Shown: piece after piece, positions 1 through 14,065 of the stretch
How the letters are laid out: the number at the start of each line of letters is the position of its first letter
How positions within the stretch are numbered: position 1 is the stretch's first letter
Origin: Eledone cirrhosa
Lineage: Eukaryota
Reading direction: 5' to 3'
Assembly (NCBI GenBank): GCA_964016885.1
Contig: OZ024749.1
Span: 55,366,001 to 55,430,000 of the forward strand
Length of the DNA stretch: 64,000 nt
Made by a program: the position numbers and the translations under genes
The notes under the pieces: model-generated
What the model saw: the letters and a program-made list of their open reading frames with translations, nothing else
What the model was told of the DNA's origin: nothing
Database searches by the model: none

Positions 1-229
1 TGGGTACCTAGGTTTAGATAAAGAAATAATAATAATGATAATAATAATAATAACTGCCTTAGGTGTCAGGAAGACACTTGGCAAGAAATGGAAACAAAAC
101 TGAAGAGGAAAAACAACAACAACAATCAAAGAGAGAACTAAAAGAAAAGCACAAAAGACAAAAATAGGGGGGAAGGGGTTGTGCTGATTTAGGGTAGGTG
201 GAGACAAATGGAAATACATAATAATAACA

Positions 230-440
230 GTTTCTTATATAGGCACAAGGCCAGCAATTTGAAGGAGAAGGGGAAGGTTGATTAAATCGATCCCTCAGTG
301 CATTACTGGTACTTTATTTTATCGACGCCCAAAAGTATGAAAGGTAAAACTAACCGTGGCGAGATTTGAACTCAGAATGTAAAGGGCTATGACTCTGTGC
401 TACGAAGCATTGTGTCTGACGCTCTACTGATACTGCCCAA
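230..440 (-). mobile_element. tRNA-derived SINE with Nin/Deu-like core (representative of a family with about 18 copies or fragments in the window)
   Basis: GGCACAAGGCCAGCAATTT...GGTACTTTATTTTATCGAC...ATGAAAGG...GATTTGAACTCAG. Recurs near 462, 695, 10535-11045 (x3), 15675, 27850-28150 (x2), 34270, 41490, 45385, 49110, 49755 and 63240, and inverted near 12590, 17400 and 23040. Confidence 0.8.
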
Positions 441-746
441 TAATAATAATAATAATAATAATGGTTTCTGATTTTGGCACAAGGCCAGCAATTTTGGGGG
501 AGGGGAAAGTCAATTAAATCGACCCCATTACTCTATTACACTATTATGTGTTCTATCCAACAGGCTGTGGCCATGCTGGGGCACTGCCATTGTAAAAACA
601 TAGGTGGCTCTGAAGTAGCAGAGCAATGCCTATATATGTGAGAAAGATCATATGATCTCTCTCAGGGGTGTTATAACGGTCTCTCTTGGCAACACGGGTA
701 CTTTATTTTATTGACAAGCAACGTTGGCAGGATTTGAACTCAGAAC

Positions 747-1078
747 CTAAAGAGATATAACTATAGGCCATAAAGATATAACTATAGGCCGTAAAGATAT
801 AACTATAGGCCGTAAAGATATAACTATAGGCCGTAAAGATATAACTATAGGCCGTAAAGATATAACTATAGGACGTAAAGATATAACTATAGGCCGTAAA
901 GATATAACTATAGGCCGTAAAGATATAATATAGGCCGTAAAGATATAACTATAGGCCGTAAAGATAACTATTGGCTGTAAAGATATAACTATAGGCCGTA
1001 AAGATATAACTATAGGCCGTAAAGATATAACTATAGGCCGTAAAGATATAACTATAGGCCGTAAAGATATAACTATAT
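747..1078. repeat. minisatellite, 21-bp unit TAAAGATATAACTATAGGCCG, about 16 copies, inside a SINE
   Basis: Direct tandem repeat; SINE sequence on both sides (GATTTGAACTCAGAA ... TGTCCGACGCTCTACTGA). Confidence 0.95.
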
Positions 1079-1899
1079 TGTCCGACGCTCTACTGACTGT
1101 GCCAATCCACCTTTTTAATAACAATAATAATAATAAAAGTAAGAAGAAGAAACAAAGAAAAAAAAGTTTACAAATTAAAACAAAAAAAAAAAATAGAAAA
1201 ATTGGAGGCACAAGCATGGCTCTGGGGTTAAAAAGTCCCACTTTGCAATCACATAATTCTGGATTCAATACCACCAGGTAGCAGTTTAAGTGTCTCCTAC
1301 CACTTAGGTTGGCCACTAATTTCTAAGAGGAATTTGGTGGGCAGAAACTATGCAGAAATCATGTATGTTCGTGTGCATGTGTATGTATGTTTGTGTGTGT
1401 GTGTGTCTACCTCTAGCTGACATATAACAGCAAAAAAACAAACTGAAAAACATGATTGCTTCTATGAATGAAGGCCCTTGAGAGATTTGTTCTGCCTTGA
1501 GTTAGATATACTCCCAGCCATCAGAACTACAATTAACTAATGATTGAATCATTGTAAACCTACAACTAACAGAGCTATTGTTCAGAAACTGAGACATAAT
1601 ATAGAAATCAATCAATATGTTTATAGAGTTGAAGTATAGTTGTGTGTTTATGTAGTACAGATATGTGGCCTAATGGTGAGGGTGTCTGGCTGTTCTAAAC
1701 TACAATAGATAGGAGACTTTGACAAAATTAGATGTGTGTAAATAGCTGAAGAAACTCTTTGAAGAAACCCCACCACAGGAAGTGTTTCAGTAATTAACCT
1801 CTTATTGGCAGCTTCTTTTTCCATCTCTAAGGGTCCTCACCCTATTTTATAGCATCTCTGTGTATGAGCACACCACTCTTTATATTAACTTTACCCCTC

Positions 1900-2270
1900 C
1901 CAGCATTTTGTAAAAGTCCAGATCAGCTACATAATATGTTTGTATAATTTTTTTTATGTCAAATGCTACACAATGTCTTTTTAGTCACTTATCCACCCTG
2001 AACAAACCTATAATGGAAGTTATTCTAAACAAAATCATCCCATTTTTTTTAAAGAGTACATCTAAACCTACATTATTTAAAGTACTCATTTTTTTACTTA
2101 AGATGGTAGGATATGATTTGAGGGAGACTTGGTTATTGTTTTTAGCAGAATAAGTAACTACATAGGGGGTTTGTTGATTAGAAAAATCTTCACAGAATAC
2201 CAAGGATTGAATGTGGGGGGAATTTACACAACTTGATGTATCTATTTTTATAGCAAAAACCACTCAACTG
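1900..2270 (-). mobile_element. degenerate Penelope-like retroelement RT remnant
   Basis: Minus strand reads VAFDIKK/LYKHI across a frameshift, resembling the PLE RT motif FDIxxLYxxI; many stops. Confidence 0.4.
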
Positions 2271-2999
2271 CGAAGTGGCGTTCATTCCTTATTCTTCAAC
2301 TAGATATAACTTGAGACAAACAGGAAACAGGGTCTAGTAAACTAATAAGATTGGGGTGAGAGAAGGGTATAAATCCCAACAGATATAACAAGGTTGGAAC
2401 TTATGACTATGTGGTCAGGAGTCTACTGAGAGCTAAGTGGTTAGGAAGACAACAACACCAAGCTGCTGAGTGACCCAGTGACTGGACACAAAAATCACTG
2501 ACCGTTTCAGCCGGCTGCTCTGAAATCTATCAACTCAGCCATTCATGCTATCTCTCAATACAGGGAAAGGAAAATGAAATATCTCACTTTTCAGGTAGGG
2601 TTCAACAATTCCTCGATTTTGAAGATAAGGAGACAACGGACTGGATATGAGGCTGGAATTGCTATTTCTGGACATGCCTAGTGCAAAACATAGGAAGGGC
2701 AAATTATTTTAGACACTCATGACACGCATTTAAAAATACCCATTAAAAAATGAGAAGTAAAAAAAAACAACAAAACAACAGCATAACAAACAATACATAC
2801 AAACAAAAATTGTAACTTGAAGAAGAAAGAGTAAGTAGGGACAAAATATGAAGGGGAAAGTGTGTGTATGATTAAAATATATCTAGAAATGCATTCAAAC
2901 GCAGAATTCTAAATTAATGCTCAATAAAGTTTAGAGTTTTTAGATTATATAGACAAAATATATGCAAAACAGTTTGCGCATATATATATATATATATAT

Positions 3000-3340
3000 A
3001 TGATGGCTGCCCCCTCGTTATCGAGTATGGCCATTGCATGATATACCATTATTAGTAATTATTAATTAATTCCATCGTGCAATGCCTGTGCGCAAAGATT
3101 TTTTAAAGTGAAGAAAGACTGTGCACTGAGCCAATCCCACTCTCTGAGCGACAGTAACTATAACCCGAAAAGAAGAAAAGATCAACATCATCGGTAACTA
3201 CAGAGCCGCAGGTTTTATGTCGGAGTTATCCCAGTTTTCTGAGTTGCCTTCTCCTAGAAGAATGCCCTGACAAAGGCTAGGGGTACTTCACTCCCAGTGG
3301 TTTAACCGAATGATCGGGTATCCAGCCCGACTATTTCTAT
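3000..3340. mobile_element. dispersed repeat (possibly RTE-LINE-related); second, truncated copy at about 16060-16292
   Basis: The two copies are closely similar over about 230 bp (TGATGGCTGCCCCCTC...GTCGGAGTTATC); both inserted in (TA)n. Confidence 0.65.
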
Positions 3341-3355
3341 GTCCCCGCGAATATA

Positions 3356-3457
<102 letters not shown>

Positions 3458-3841
3458 TTCTACTGGGACATGTATTTCTGTAAATAATTACATATATACA
3501 GTTGTCTATATAGTTATATTTTATTCCTAAATTAACACTGACAGAGACAAAGACACTACACCAATACAGGACCCCACCAAGGGGTTCCCTCCTACCCACC
3601 CATAAAAAGGACAAATAATTGGATCAAAAGGAAAGTAATGATTACAGTAAAGAAAAATTGTGAGTAAATTAAAAGTGAAATATGAAGAACTAAGTAAATA
3701 TATGAGATATAACAAAACTAAAATATCTCTTTACAGAAATTATATGTATATGATAAATATATACACATACACACATATATACACATTCAAACATATATAG
3801 ACACACACACATATATACACACACACAAACATATATATACA

Positions 3842-3878
<37 letters not shown>

Positions 3879-4100
3879 ATGTATGCTACAATATACACGT
3901 GATCTACATTCACCAGGGTCTTATATCCGAAAAGACAAAAACAGAAGATACACAAATCACATTCTTAAAATCAAGAGATTGTTATGTGTGTACATATACA
4001 CGCACAAATGCACACACACACGCAGACAAACACACACACAGACAAACACACACGTCGCAATCTCGCACAAATATTAAAAATTAAAAGGGTTACTACTCAC

Positions 4101-4120
4101 ATACGAGGAAAGTTAATCAC
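4101..4120 (-). CDS. candidate 20-nt stop-containing microexon (phase-1 entry reads C-D-stop)
   Basis: TACTAAG..TCTGCC..AAAAG|GTGATTAACTTTCCTCGTAT|GTGAGT; good donor, weak acceptor with no pyrimidine tract; lies beyond the assembly gap. Confidence 0.25.
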
Positions 4121-4186
4121 CTTTTAATAGATATGGCAGATTCTTAGTATTAAACATCCAGGGCATATGATGAATGTATGCCTATT

Positions 4187-4230
<44 letters not shown>

Positions 4231-6159
4231 ACTGGTGCTTTCAGAGAACACCACCAAATATCAGCCCAGAAGATATTAATGAATCGAAACAACAGAAGCA
4301 AGCTTTATTTCCTCTTTATGTTTAACTTCTAGCTGTCTGATGGGGTTATAGCTGTTGCATAACACTTAGCACCGAAATATATATAACAGTGACTATGAAT
4401 AAATGAAGTGAATTATAACCTGTTGACTTGTACTATATATATATATATATATCATCATCATCATCATCATCATCATTAGCACCATTGCTGTTATAATGTC
4501 AGCTTTCTGTATTAGCAAAGGTTGGATGGGTCTATATAGACCAAATCAGTACTGAAATGGGGTTACTGACTTCCCAGACAGGCTTTTTTAATAGGGCTGA
4601 GGCGGGGTAGGATTTAATGGGGGTGGGATAGGATGGAGGTGAGTAATGAATTTCTATTTTTTTTTTTATTGCTAAGTATTTTGTGTTAGCAATCACCATC
4701 GGTACTTTGGGAGGGAAGGGAAACATATGTATACACACATATATATATATATATATTCTAGGGTTATCAAATATTGATGATAATGTTACTACCATTAGAT
4801 AGTAGGAGATGGGATAACAAGAAGGGAGGGGGAAGGAAGAAGCTCAAAGAAGAAGAAAAAGAATTGAAGAAGGGAAGTAGGAAAAACTAGAGGAAGAAAA
4901 TAAATAGACGAAAATCAAAGAAAGAATGAGAAAGAGAAGAATTATTTTTAAAGCAGATAAAAAGAAAAAAGAGGTGTAGATAATGTAGAATTAAATTAGA
5001 GAGTAGAGAGGCAAATAGGAGTATAGAGTACAACATTGGAATATTTACTTTTAAGTTCTAATGAAAACAACCATTCAATGCAAAGGGAGGGGGATAAAAA
5101 ACTTGGAAGCAATTTTTATAATACAGGCAACAAGGTGGAATGGAAGGGAGTGGATAGGAAGGAACAGTTAAGTGTTGTTGTTGTAAAGAAGTAAGTATGT
5201 GTGGGAGGGGGATGGGCGTGGAACAGGGAGAAAGGAAGGTAGGAAAGCATAAATTGTCTTCGATGACACACAAATACATATATATGTATATATATATATA
5301 TATATATAGAGACACATAAGTATGTGTATGTGTGTATCAGATTTAGAATAGGTGCACAACATCCTTACATGTTGCAAAAGGCAGTTAAAAGGGTTGGTGT
5401 CAGGAAGTGCAACCAGCCATAAAAAGGGTCGCATGATGAGTATAAAGTATGTGATGGGGGTCCTTGGAAAGCTTACTCCTGCTTTAGCAGAGAGAAAATG
5501 GCCTTAACATGCTTCTTGTTTTTGCTGTTGTAAATACATACATCATCATCATCATCATCATATCTCCATTAGCCATTCCTGCTAATGAAAGCCTGTGGCT
5601 TAGTGGTTAGAGAATTGGATTCACAATTGTGAGGTTGTCAATTCAATTTCAAGACCAGGCGATGCATTATGTTCTTGAGCAAGACACTTTATATCATGTA
5701 GTTCTTTCTACCAGGAATTGCGACTGGCAGGTAGATAGTCTCTGCAATGAAAAGACTAATGGAAACATTGTTTCCTTGGTCCAATTTGATAAGATCCACC
5801 TCATTTGGTAAGTAAATGAGGTCTGAGATCATCATTCCATTTTTTTTATTCATCCATGCTGGCTTGGGCTGCCATGTTCTGAAACTAGACAGATCTAAGG
5901 ACCATGCCATACTTATTATCATACACTTTGGTATGGTTTTAATGGCCAAACTCTTCCCATCGCCAAACACTTTACAAAATGCATCCAGTACACTTTGTAA
6001 AGTGGTACACTCACACATATGTATGGATACGTATATGTGTATGTATGTGTGTGTGTGTGTGTGTAAATATATATATATATGTATATATATAAGTGAATGT
6101 ATGTGAGTGTATTTGTGTATACATACAAATACACCTGTATGTATAAATATGTGTGTATT

Positions 6160-6196
<37 letters not shown>

Positions 6197-6658
6197 TTGA
6201 ATGTACATGTGTATTTGTGTATATACATATATACACAAATACATTATGTATACATATACATAATGTATACATATAAATACGTCTGCATGTAAATATGTAC
6301 ATGTGTATATGTGCATGTGTGTATAGAACAACTAAATCAGTGAATAAACCAAACATGAAGGGAGGGGAGTGGCTTGTGCATAACAGTTGTGAGCAGCCAT
6401 GACAGAAATGCATGTAGGTTGAAATCAGTTTTAAGATAATAGCATTGAAACATACGCATATACATACATATATACACACAAATATATATATTCATATACA
6501 CGCTTTCTCACACACATACACACACATATATATGTGCACGCTCATACACACACACACACATAGAAATATATGCACATGCCTTTACACGCACTCTCTCTCA
6601 CAGACACACACACATATGCATACACAAACAAGATATACATACATATCTATATACACAA

Positions 6659-6697
<39 letters not shown>

Positions 6698-6967
6698 TTT
6701 GTAAAGTTTGTCTCAAGCCAGGAGGGTGATCAGGCCAGTGTTCATCCTGGTTTTGTGGCATGAAGTAACTGAGAGTACAAGACTACAAGGAGGACAGGAC
6801 ACCAGTCCAGCACAGTGTTAAACCCCCCAGATATTGCTGGTACTCATTTTCAGCTGAGTATAGTGGAGCAACGTGAAATGAAGAGTTTTGCTCAAGAACA
6901 CAACACGCAACCCAGGAATCGAACCCATGACATTATGATTTTAAGTTCAACACACTTACCACTAGGC

Positions 6968-6999
<32 letters not shown>

Positions 7000-7006
7000 C
7001 ACATAG

Positions 7007-7041
<35 letters not shown>

Positions 7042-7619
7042 TTCATACAAACATTTAATGAGATATAGTGCACCTGAGCACTATACATAATAATTTTCAT
7101 TTCATTATATATATAAACGTAGATACTCATAAATGCATATATAAATACATACATACATAACACACACATATACAATCATACACATACATACATACACATG
7201 CATATTCAGTCATACACACTTACATACATACACAGACTGCATCAAAGATATGAAAATAGAACACAAAGCGTTTTATGATGAGGCTTAACATATATATATA
7301 TATATATATAATAAATATACACATGTTTATATAGTTAGGGCAATTAGAATGGCAGAATTGGCATCAGGCAAACAGGTAACAGAAGCAATTGGACAGAAAA
7401 TGGCATGTCTCAGGTAGATTTGTTAATCTGTGAGTTCAGATTTTTCTCAGATTTATTTCATTTTTTTTTTTAGAATTTAAATTTAATTGTAAGGTTAAGC
7501 AGTGGCTGGTGATTTCTAACATAATTAAAAGTAGTAATAATAATAATAATTGTAATAACAGGTTATCAACCATGTTTGTATCAATGTGTGTGATATTTAT
7601 ATTTTTACATACACACTTA

Positions 7620-7663
<44 letters not shown>

Positions 7664-8128
7664 CAAGTACATATACATACATACACACTTATAACTATAT
7701 ATATATATATACAAGTACATATACATACATACATACACACTCATATCATCATCGTTTTTACGTCTGTTTTTCTAAGCTAGCACGGTGAATATATATATAT
7801 ATAATACTAATATATATAACATTAATAATATATATATATCAATGAGCAGGAATGAAGTATCAATAAAGCATCATCATGTTTATTCACATGTGACGCGTAT
7901 TTTGTGATCGATCACCTCATGGTACGATCAGTATTGATTACGTCCAACTCTGGAATCGATAGCTCATCAGATAGCTCTTTATTATTAATAGTTAAAATTG
8001 TGCTTCTTAAGGATATACGCACAAGTCATACATATACACTAACTCACTTATATACATGCACATATGTATTATCCTGTATACACACACTCATTTGTCTAGT
8101 TTTTGCGATTCAAAATTCAATGTGCTCA

Positions 8129-8528
8129 ATATACACCAGTCTTAAAGATGTATTGAGCCTGGTAATATCTATATACACCAGTCTTAAAGATGTATTGAGC
8201 CTGGTAATATCTATATACACCAGTCTTAAAGATGTATTGAGCCTGGTAATATCTATATACACCAGTCTTAAAGATGTATTGAGCCTGGTAATATCTATAT
8301 ACACCAGTCTTAAAGATGTATTGAGCCTGGTAATATCTATATACACCAGTCTTAAAGATGTATTGAGTCTGGTAATATCTATATACACCAGTCTTAAAGA
8401 TGTATTGAGCCTGGTAATATCTATATACACCAGTCTTAAAGATGTATTGAGCCTGGTAATATCTATATACACCAGTCTTAAAGATGTATTGAGTCTGGTA
8501 ATATCTATATACACCAGTCTTAAAGATG
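8129..8528. repeat. minisatellite, 42-bp unit, about 9.5 copies
   Basis: ATATACACCAGTCTTAAAGATGTATTGAGCCTGGTAATATCT in tandem. Confidence 0.95.
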
Positions 8529-8548
8529 AGTTGAACATTGAATAATAA

Positions 8549-8728
8549 TGTGTTGGTAGCTCAGATTATTTCCTCATACCTAAAGGTTTCGTGCAGCTGA
8601 AGTTTGTCAAATGGACTCAGTCTTCAGAGAGTTTGATATAATCATTTCAGACACATGAATATGTTTAGACTTATGTCAACTGCAAGAAATCTTTAGGTAT
8701 GAGGAAATAATTTGGCCTATCAATACAC
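8549..8728. repeat. imperfect inverted repeat, arms about 60 bp
   Basis: TTATTTCCTCATACCTAAAGGTTTCGTGCAGCTGA pairs with TCAACTGCAAGAAATCTTTAGGTATGAGGAAATAA. Confidence 0.85.
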
Positions 8729-10034
8729 AATTATATTTACATATATTAATGGCATAAAGGTATGACTGTAGGCTCAGTGGTTTCAGCATGCAACCTCCCC
8801 AAGTTTCATCAGAGATATTTCCTGAAGAAGCCTGCAGAGGTCACAAGCTGAACTTACAGAGCTTGTGGTCAAACCTTTACTACATTAATATATCCACTCT
8901 GTATTTCATCATGCATTGAGTACTATTACAATTTGTAGTCTTTCTGGTTTTTGCACCACAGACACTCTGTATATATTTATATATATATATTCATTTACTA
9001 TGACTAAATAGCGAGTCCTGTTAGACAGGAGTTTCACCAGCACACTCACAGGATCATCAGCCAAGACTGTATTGTCTGATCATCCTGTATGTAGGCAGGT
9101 GAAACTCCAGAGTAAAAGACGCACTACTTAGCAATAATAAAATGAATATTAAACTCTACTTTGGTAAGGTGTACTCTTTTCTCTCATCCATCAACTACAT
9201 ATACGGATATATAAATATATGTATATATACATACACATTTATATATAGGTGTGTATGAAGCACACACAAACATACATTCATGGCTGCATGCCCGTTTCAA
9301 GATAAAAAAAAGGGGGTTACAAGAAGCTGTAGCAATGCATAGAAACTGTGAGCAATGTATGTTTTATAAAGGCCAAGTTGCCAAGCTAGGAGTAGTAGTA
9401 GTAGTAGCAGTAGTAATGGTAGCAGTAGTAGTAATAGTAGTTGTAGTAGCACGTGTGGGAACAAAAAATACTTTTGGTATAAGTGTGTGTGTGTGAATAT
9501 GTGTGAGCATGTGTGTATGAGTGTGTTTTGTTCTTTTTTTTTTAAAGTTTTATTTTGAATATGCACTTGCCAAAAGCTGTAACACCACTCCTACTACTAC
9601 CACTACTACTATTACTACTATTACTACTACTACAACCACAGCTGCAAACACTGAAACCAGCACTGTTATCATCACCAGCATCATCACACCACCAATACCA
9701 TCACCATCACCAGTAACAGTACCACCACCACCACCACCACCACCACAACCATGTCTGCTCCAACATAACCACCACGAGAACCACCACCACCACCACCACC
9801 ACTGCTGTGACATGTGATTTGCCCACCATTGCCGATGGCTGGCTGGCAATGACATGGTGAGCCCGTCTCTCTGTCTCTGTGCCTGATTTGCCTTGTCTGT
9901 CTGTCTGCCTGCCTGTGTGCCTGTCTGCCTGTTTGACTGCCTGTCTGTCTGCCTGCCTCATGACTGGGTACTGCTAGGCTGATGTAGGCCACCGGGTCCA
10001 TCCGTTTGGACTATGAGCCAGCTGGGCAGATGTG

Positions 10035-10234
10035 NNNNNNNNNNNNNNNNNNNNNNNNNNNNNNNNNNNNNNNNNNNNNNNNNNNNNNNNNNNNNNNNNN
10101 NNNNNNNNNNNNNNNNNNNNNNNNNNNNNNNNNNNNNNNNNNNNNNNNNNNNNNNNNNNNNNNNNNNNNNNNNNNNNNNNNNNNNNNNNNNNNNNNNNNN
10201 NNNNNNNNNNNNNNNNNNNNNNNNNNNNNNNNNN
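10035..10234. other. assembly gap (200 N)
   Basis: Run of 200 N. Confidence 0.99.
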
Positions 10235-10534
10235 ACCCCCCCACACTGCATAGTATTGTACTGTCTTTAATGTTTCCTTAACGTGAGCCCTGTGAATAAT
10301 AATGATAATAATAGTAGTAGTATTAGTAGTAATAATAATAGTAGTAGTAGTAGTAGTAATAATAATAATAGTAGTAGTAGTAGTAGTAGTAATAATAATG
10401 ATAATAGTAGTAATAATAATAATGATAGTAGTAGTAGTAATAACGGTTCCTTTATTGGCCACTAGGGCCCAAATATAGGAGACAATGGTGGTTAATAATG
10501 ATGGTGATGATGATGATAGTAGTAATAATAATAA

Positions 10535-11045
10535 TTGTTTCTACTTTAGGCACAAGGCCAGCAATTACCCAGTACATTACTGGTACTTTATTTTATCGAC
10601 CCCGTAAGGATGAAAGGCAAAGTTAACCTCGGCGGGATTTGAACTCAGTAATAATGGTTTCTGATTTAGGCACAAGGCCAACAATCTGGGGGGGGGGGGG
10701 GTGATTAAATAGATCCCAGTGTGTGACTGGTACTTTATTTTATCACCCTTCGAAGGATAACAAAGCTAACCTCAGCAGGATTTCAACTGAGAATATAAAG
10801 GGATGTAACTCTATGCCACAAAGCCTGTTGTCCGACGCTCTACTGATACTGCCAAATCAATGCCCTTAATGATGATAATAATGATAACAATAATAATTAT
10901 TTCTACTATAGGCACAAGGCCAGCAATTTGAAGGAGAGGGGAAAGTCGATTAAATCGACCCCAGTGCATTACTGGTACTTTATTTTATTGAGCCCTTAAG
11001 GATGAAAAGCAAAGCTAACCTCGGTGGGATTAGAACTGAGAACTC
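10535..11045 (-). mobile_element. three tandem copies of the Nin/Deu-core SINE
   Basis: Three successive GGCACAAGGCC...GGTACTTTATTTTAT...GAAAGGCAAAG-like units separated by (AAT)n tails. Confidence 0.8.
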
Positions 11046-11651
11046 TCCCTCAAATCACACAGCATACCATTTTAGAAGATGGACATGTTGGATAATGTAG
11101 TACTAGAGTCCCTGCATATAGGAAGGGATGGTCACAGTTGGAATACTTTTGACCATAGGTTTACATGATTACGGCTTACCTAGGGCTAAACAACAACAAT
11201 GCATCATTAATACTGACTTTTGGATAATGATTTGAAAAAATATACAAAAACAATGCAAAACCCACACACAAGGATATATGAACACACACACACAAGGATA
11301 TATGAACACACACACACACGGATACACATACATGTACAGCCACATAAAAACACATGGTTACACACACACATATAGCCATCACAAACACATACATACACAG
11401 CTACACAGACAAGATTATATAACTAACTCCAGTTAGACAACCTCTCTAGAGCTGCTGGCACAAATAATGCACCCAGTCCATGCTGCAGCAAAGGCACCCA
11501 GTCAGAACAAAGTTATGGAGAACATAATATGAAACCTCACTATATATATACACTTTCAATATATACACTCTGTCCTCTCTTAGGATCTATCTCACTATTC
11601 TAGCTTGGCCGTACAAAGTTCAGGAGCACCTTTCCTCTCAACCGTAGTATT

Positions 11652-12062
11652 AACTAGCCAACAAGCCACATTGCCAACTAGCCACATTGCCAACAAGCCA
11701 CATTGCCAACTAGCCACATTGCCAACTAGCCACTTAGCCACATAGCCAACTAGCCACATTGCCAACTAGCCAACAAGCCACACTGGTAACTCGCCACATA
11801 GCCAACTAGCCACATTGCCAACTAGCCACTTAGCCACATAGCCAACTAGCCACATTGCCAACTAGCCAACAAGCCACACTGGTAACTCGCCACATAGCCA
11901 ACTAGCCACATTGCCAACTAGCCACTTAGCCACATAGCCAACTAGCCACATTGCCAACTAGCCAACAAGCCACACTGGTAACTCGCCACATAGCCAACTA
12001 GCCACATTGCCAACTAGCCAACAAGCCACACTGGTAACTCGCCACATTGGCAACTAGCCATA
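11652..12062. repeat. compound minisatellite (GCCAACTAGCCACATT-type subunits with higher-order repetition)
   Basis: Tandem short units, with variant blocks recurring. Confidence 0.9.
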
Positions 12063-12810
12063 TAACAAAATAGAAGTTAAAAAAAAAAACAATTTAAAAA
12101 AAGAAGTTATCTGGTCTTCATCTGTGACAATGGAAGAGAATTTGTTGAAGGTGATTAACATCTAATTAATCAGATGTGGCAGCAGCTAATGAAATCAACC
12201 AACTATAAGACTGATATGCTGTGTAGGGAGACTTTACATGGCCAGGCTTGTGACCTACTAGAAACAGCAGCAAAAATTTCTTTCAAATCATATCATCTAT
12301 ACAATCTTTGAAAAAATAAATAAAATAAAATAAGGGATGTATGCATTGTATATAAGATAGTCCTAGATACGCAAAGCCTGAAATTACCAAAAAAAATGGG
12401 ATAATGATAGCTGAAATGCTGGGAATGGCAGACAAATTTCCCTGAAATCACACTATATCATCTTAAAAGAAAAGAATAAAAGCCACTTGATAATGTATTT
12501 AGAGATAAACCATAATGTGTTATAGGTCTGGTTGATCAAGGATGACCTAGGGCTAAACAACAACAGCACTAAATTAATCTTAATGTTAGCATGTTGGATT
12601 GGCAGGATTGGCAGAGCGTCAGATAACATGCTTTGTGGCACAGAGTTGTGTCTCCCTAAGTTCAAACCCTGCTGAGGTTAGCTTTGCCTTTCATCCTCAC
12701 AGGATCAATAAAATACAATACCAGTAATGCACTGGCGTTGATTTAATCAATTTGCCATAGCCCGCACCAAAAAAAAACAAGAAAATAAAATAAATAAATA
12801 AATTATTGGT

Positions 12811-14065
12811 CAGTCACCAAATGGGGAAGACAGTCATTATCAGGCTACAGCTGCCATATTAGATAGTTTCTACAACAGACCACAACAGTCACCAAATGGG
12901 GAAGACAGACATTATCAGGCTACAGCTGCCATATTAGATAGTTTCTACAACAGACCACAATAGTCACCAAATGGGGAAGACAGTCATTATGAGGCTACAG
13001 CTGCCATATTAGATAGTTTCTATGACAGACCACAACAGTCACCAAATGGGGGAGACAGACATTATCAAGCTACAGCTGTCATATTATGTAGTTTCTACAA
13101 CAGACCACAACAGTCACCAAATGGGGAAGACAGTCATTATCAGGCTACAGCTGTCATATTATGTAGTTTCTACAACAGACCACAACAGTCACCAAATGGG
13201 GAGACAGACATTATCAAGCTACAGCTGTCATATTATGTAGTTTCTACAACAGATCACAAGTCACCAAATGGGGAAGACAGTCATTATCAGGCTACAGCTG
13301 CCATATTAGATAGTTTCTATGACAGACCACAACAGTCACCAAATGGGGAAGACAGTCATTATCAGGCTACAGCTGTCATATTATGTAGTTTCTACAACAG
13401 ACCACAAGTCACCAAATGGGGAAGACAGTCATTATCAGGCTACAGCTGCCATATTAGATAGTTTCTATGACAGACCACAACAGTCACCAAATGGGGAAGA
13501 CAGTCATTATCAGGCTACGGCTGTCATATTATGTAGTTTCTACAACAGACCACAACAGTCACCAAATGGGGGAGACAGACATTATCAGGCTACAGCTGCC
13601 ATATTAGATAGTTTCTATGACAGACCACAACAGTCACCAAATGGGGAAGACAGTCATTATCAGGCTACAGCTGTCATATTATGTAGTTTCTACAACAGAC
13701 CACAAGTCACCAAATGGGGAAGACAGTCATTATCAGGCTACAGCTGTCATATTATGTAGTTTCTACAACAGACCACAACAGTCACCAAATGGGGAAGACA
13801 GTCATTATCAGGCGACAGCTGCCATATTATATAGTTTCTACAACAGACCACAACAGTCACCAAATGGGGAAGACAGTCATTATCAGGCTACAGCTGTCAT
13901 ATTATGTAGTTTCTACAACAGACCACAACAGTCACCAAATGGGGGAGACAGACATTATCAGGCTACAGCTTCCATATTAGATAGTTTGTATGACAGACCA
14001 CAACAGTCACCAAATGGGGAAGACAGTCATTATCAGGCTACAGCTGTCATATTATGTAGTTTCTA
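12811..14065. repeat. minisatellite, 75-bp unit, about 17 copies
   Basis: CAGTCACCAAATGGGGAAGACAGTCATTATCAGGCTACAGCTG... in tandem with interleaved variants. Confidence 0.95.

Noticed and set aside
9815-10034. GC-rich TGCC/CTGT-rich stretch beside the gap
   Set aside because: Degenerate tetranucleotide repeat, antisense to mbl, truncated by the gap; no credible exon.
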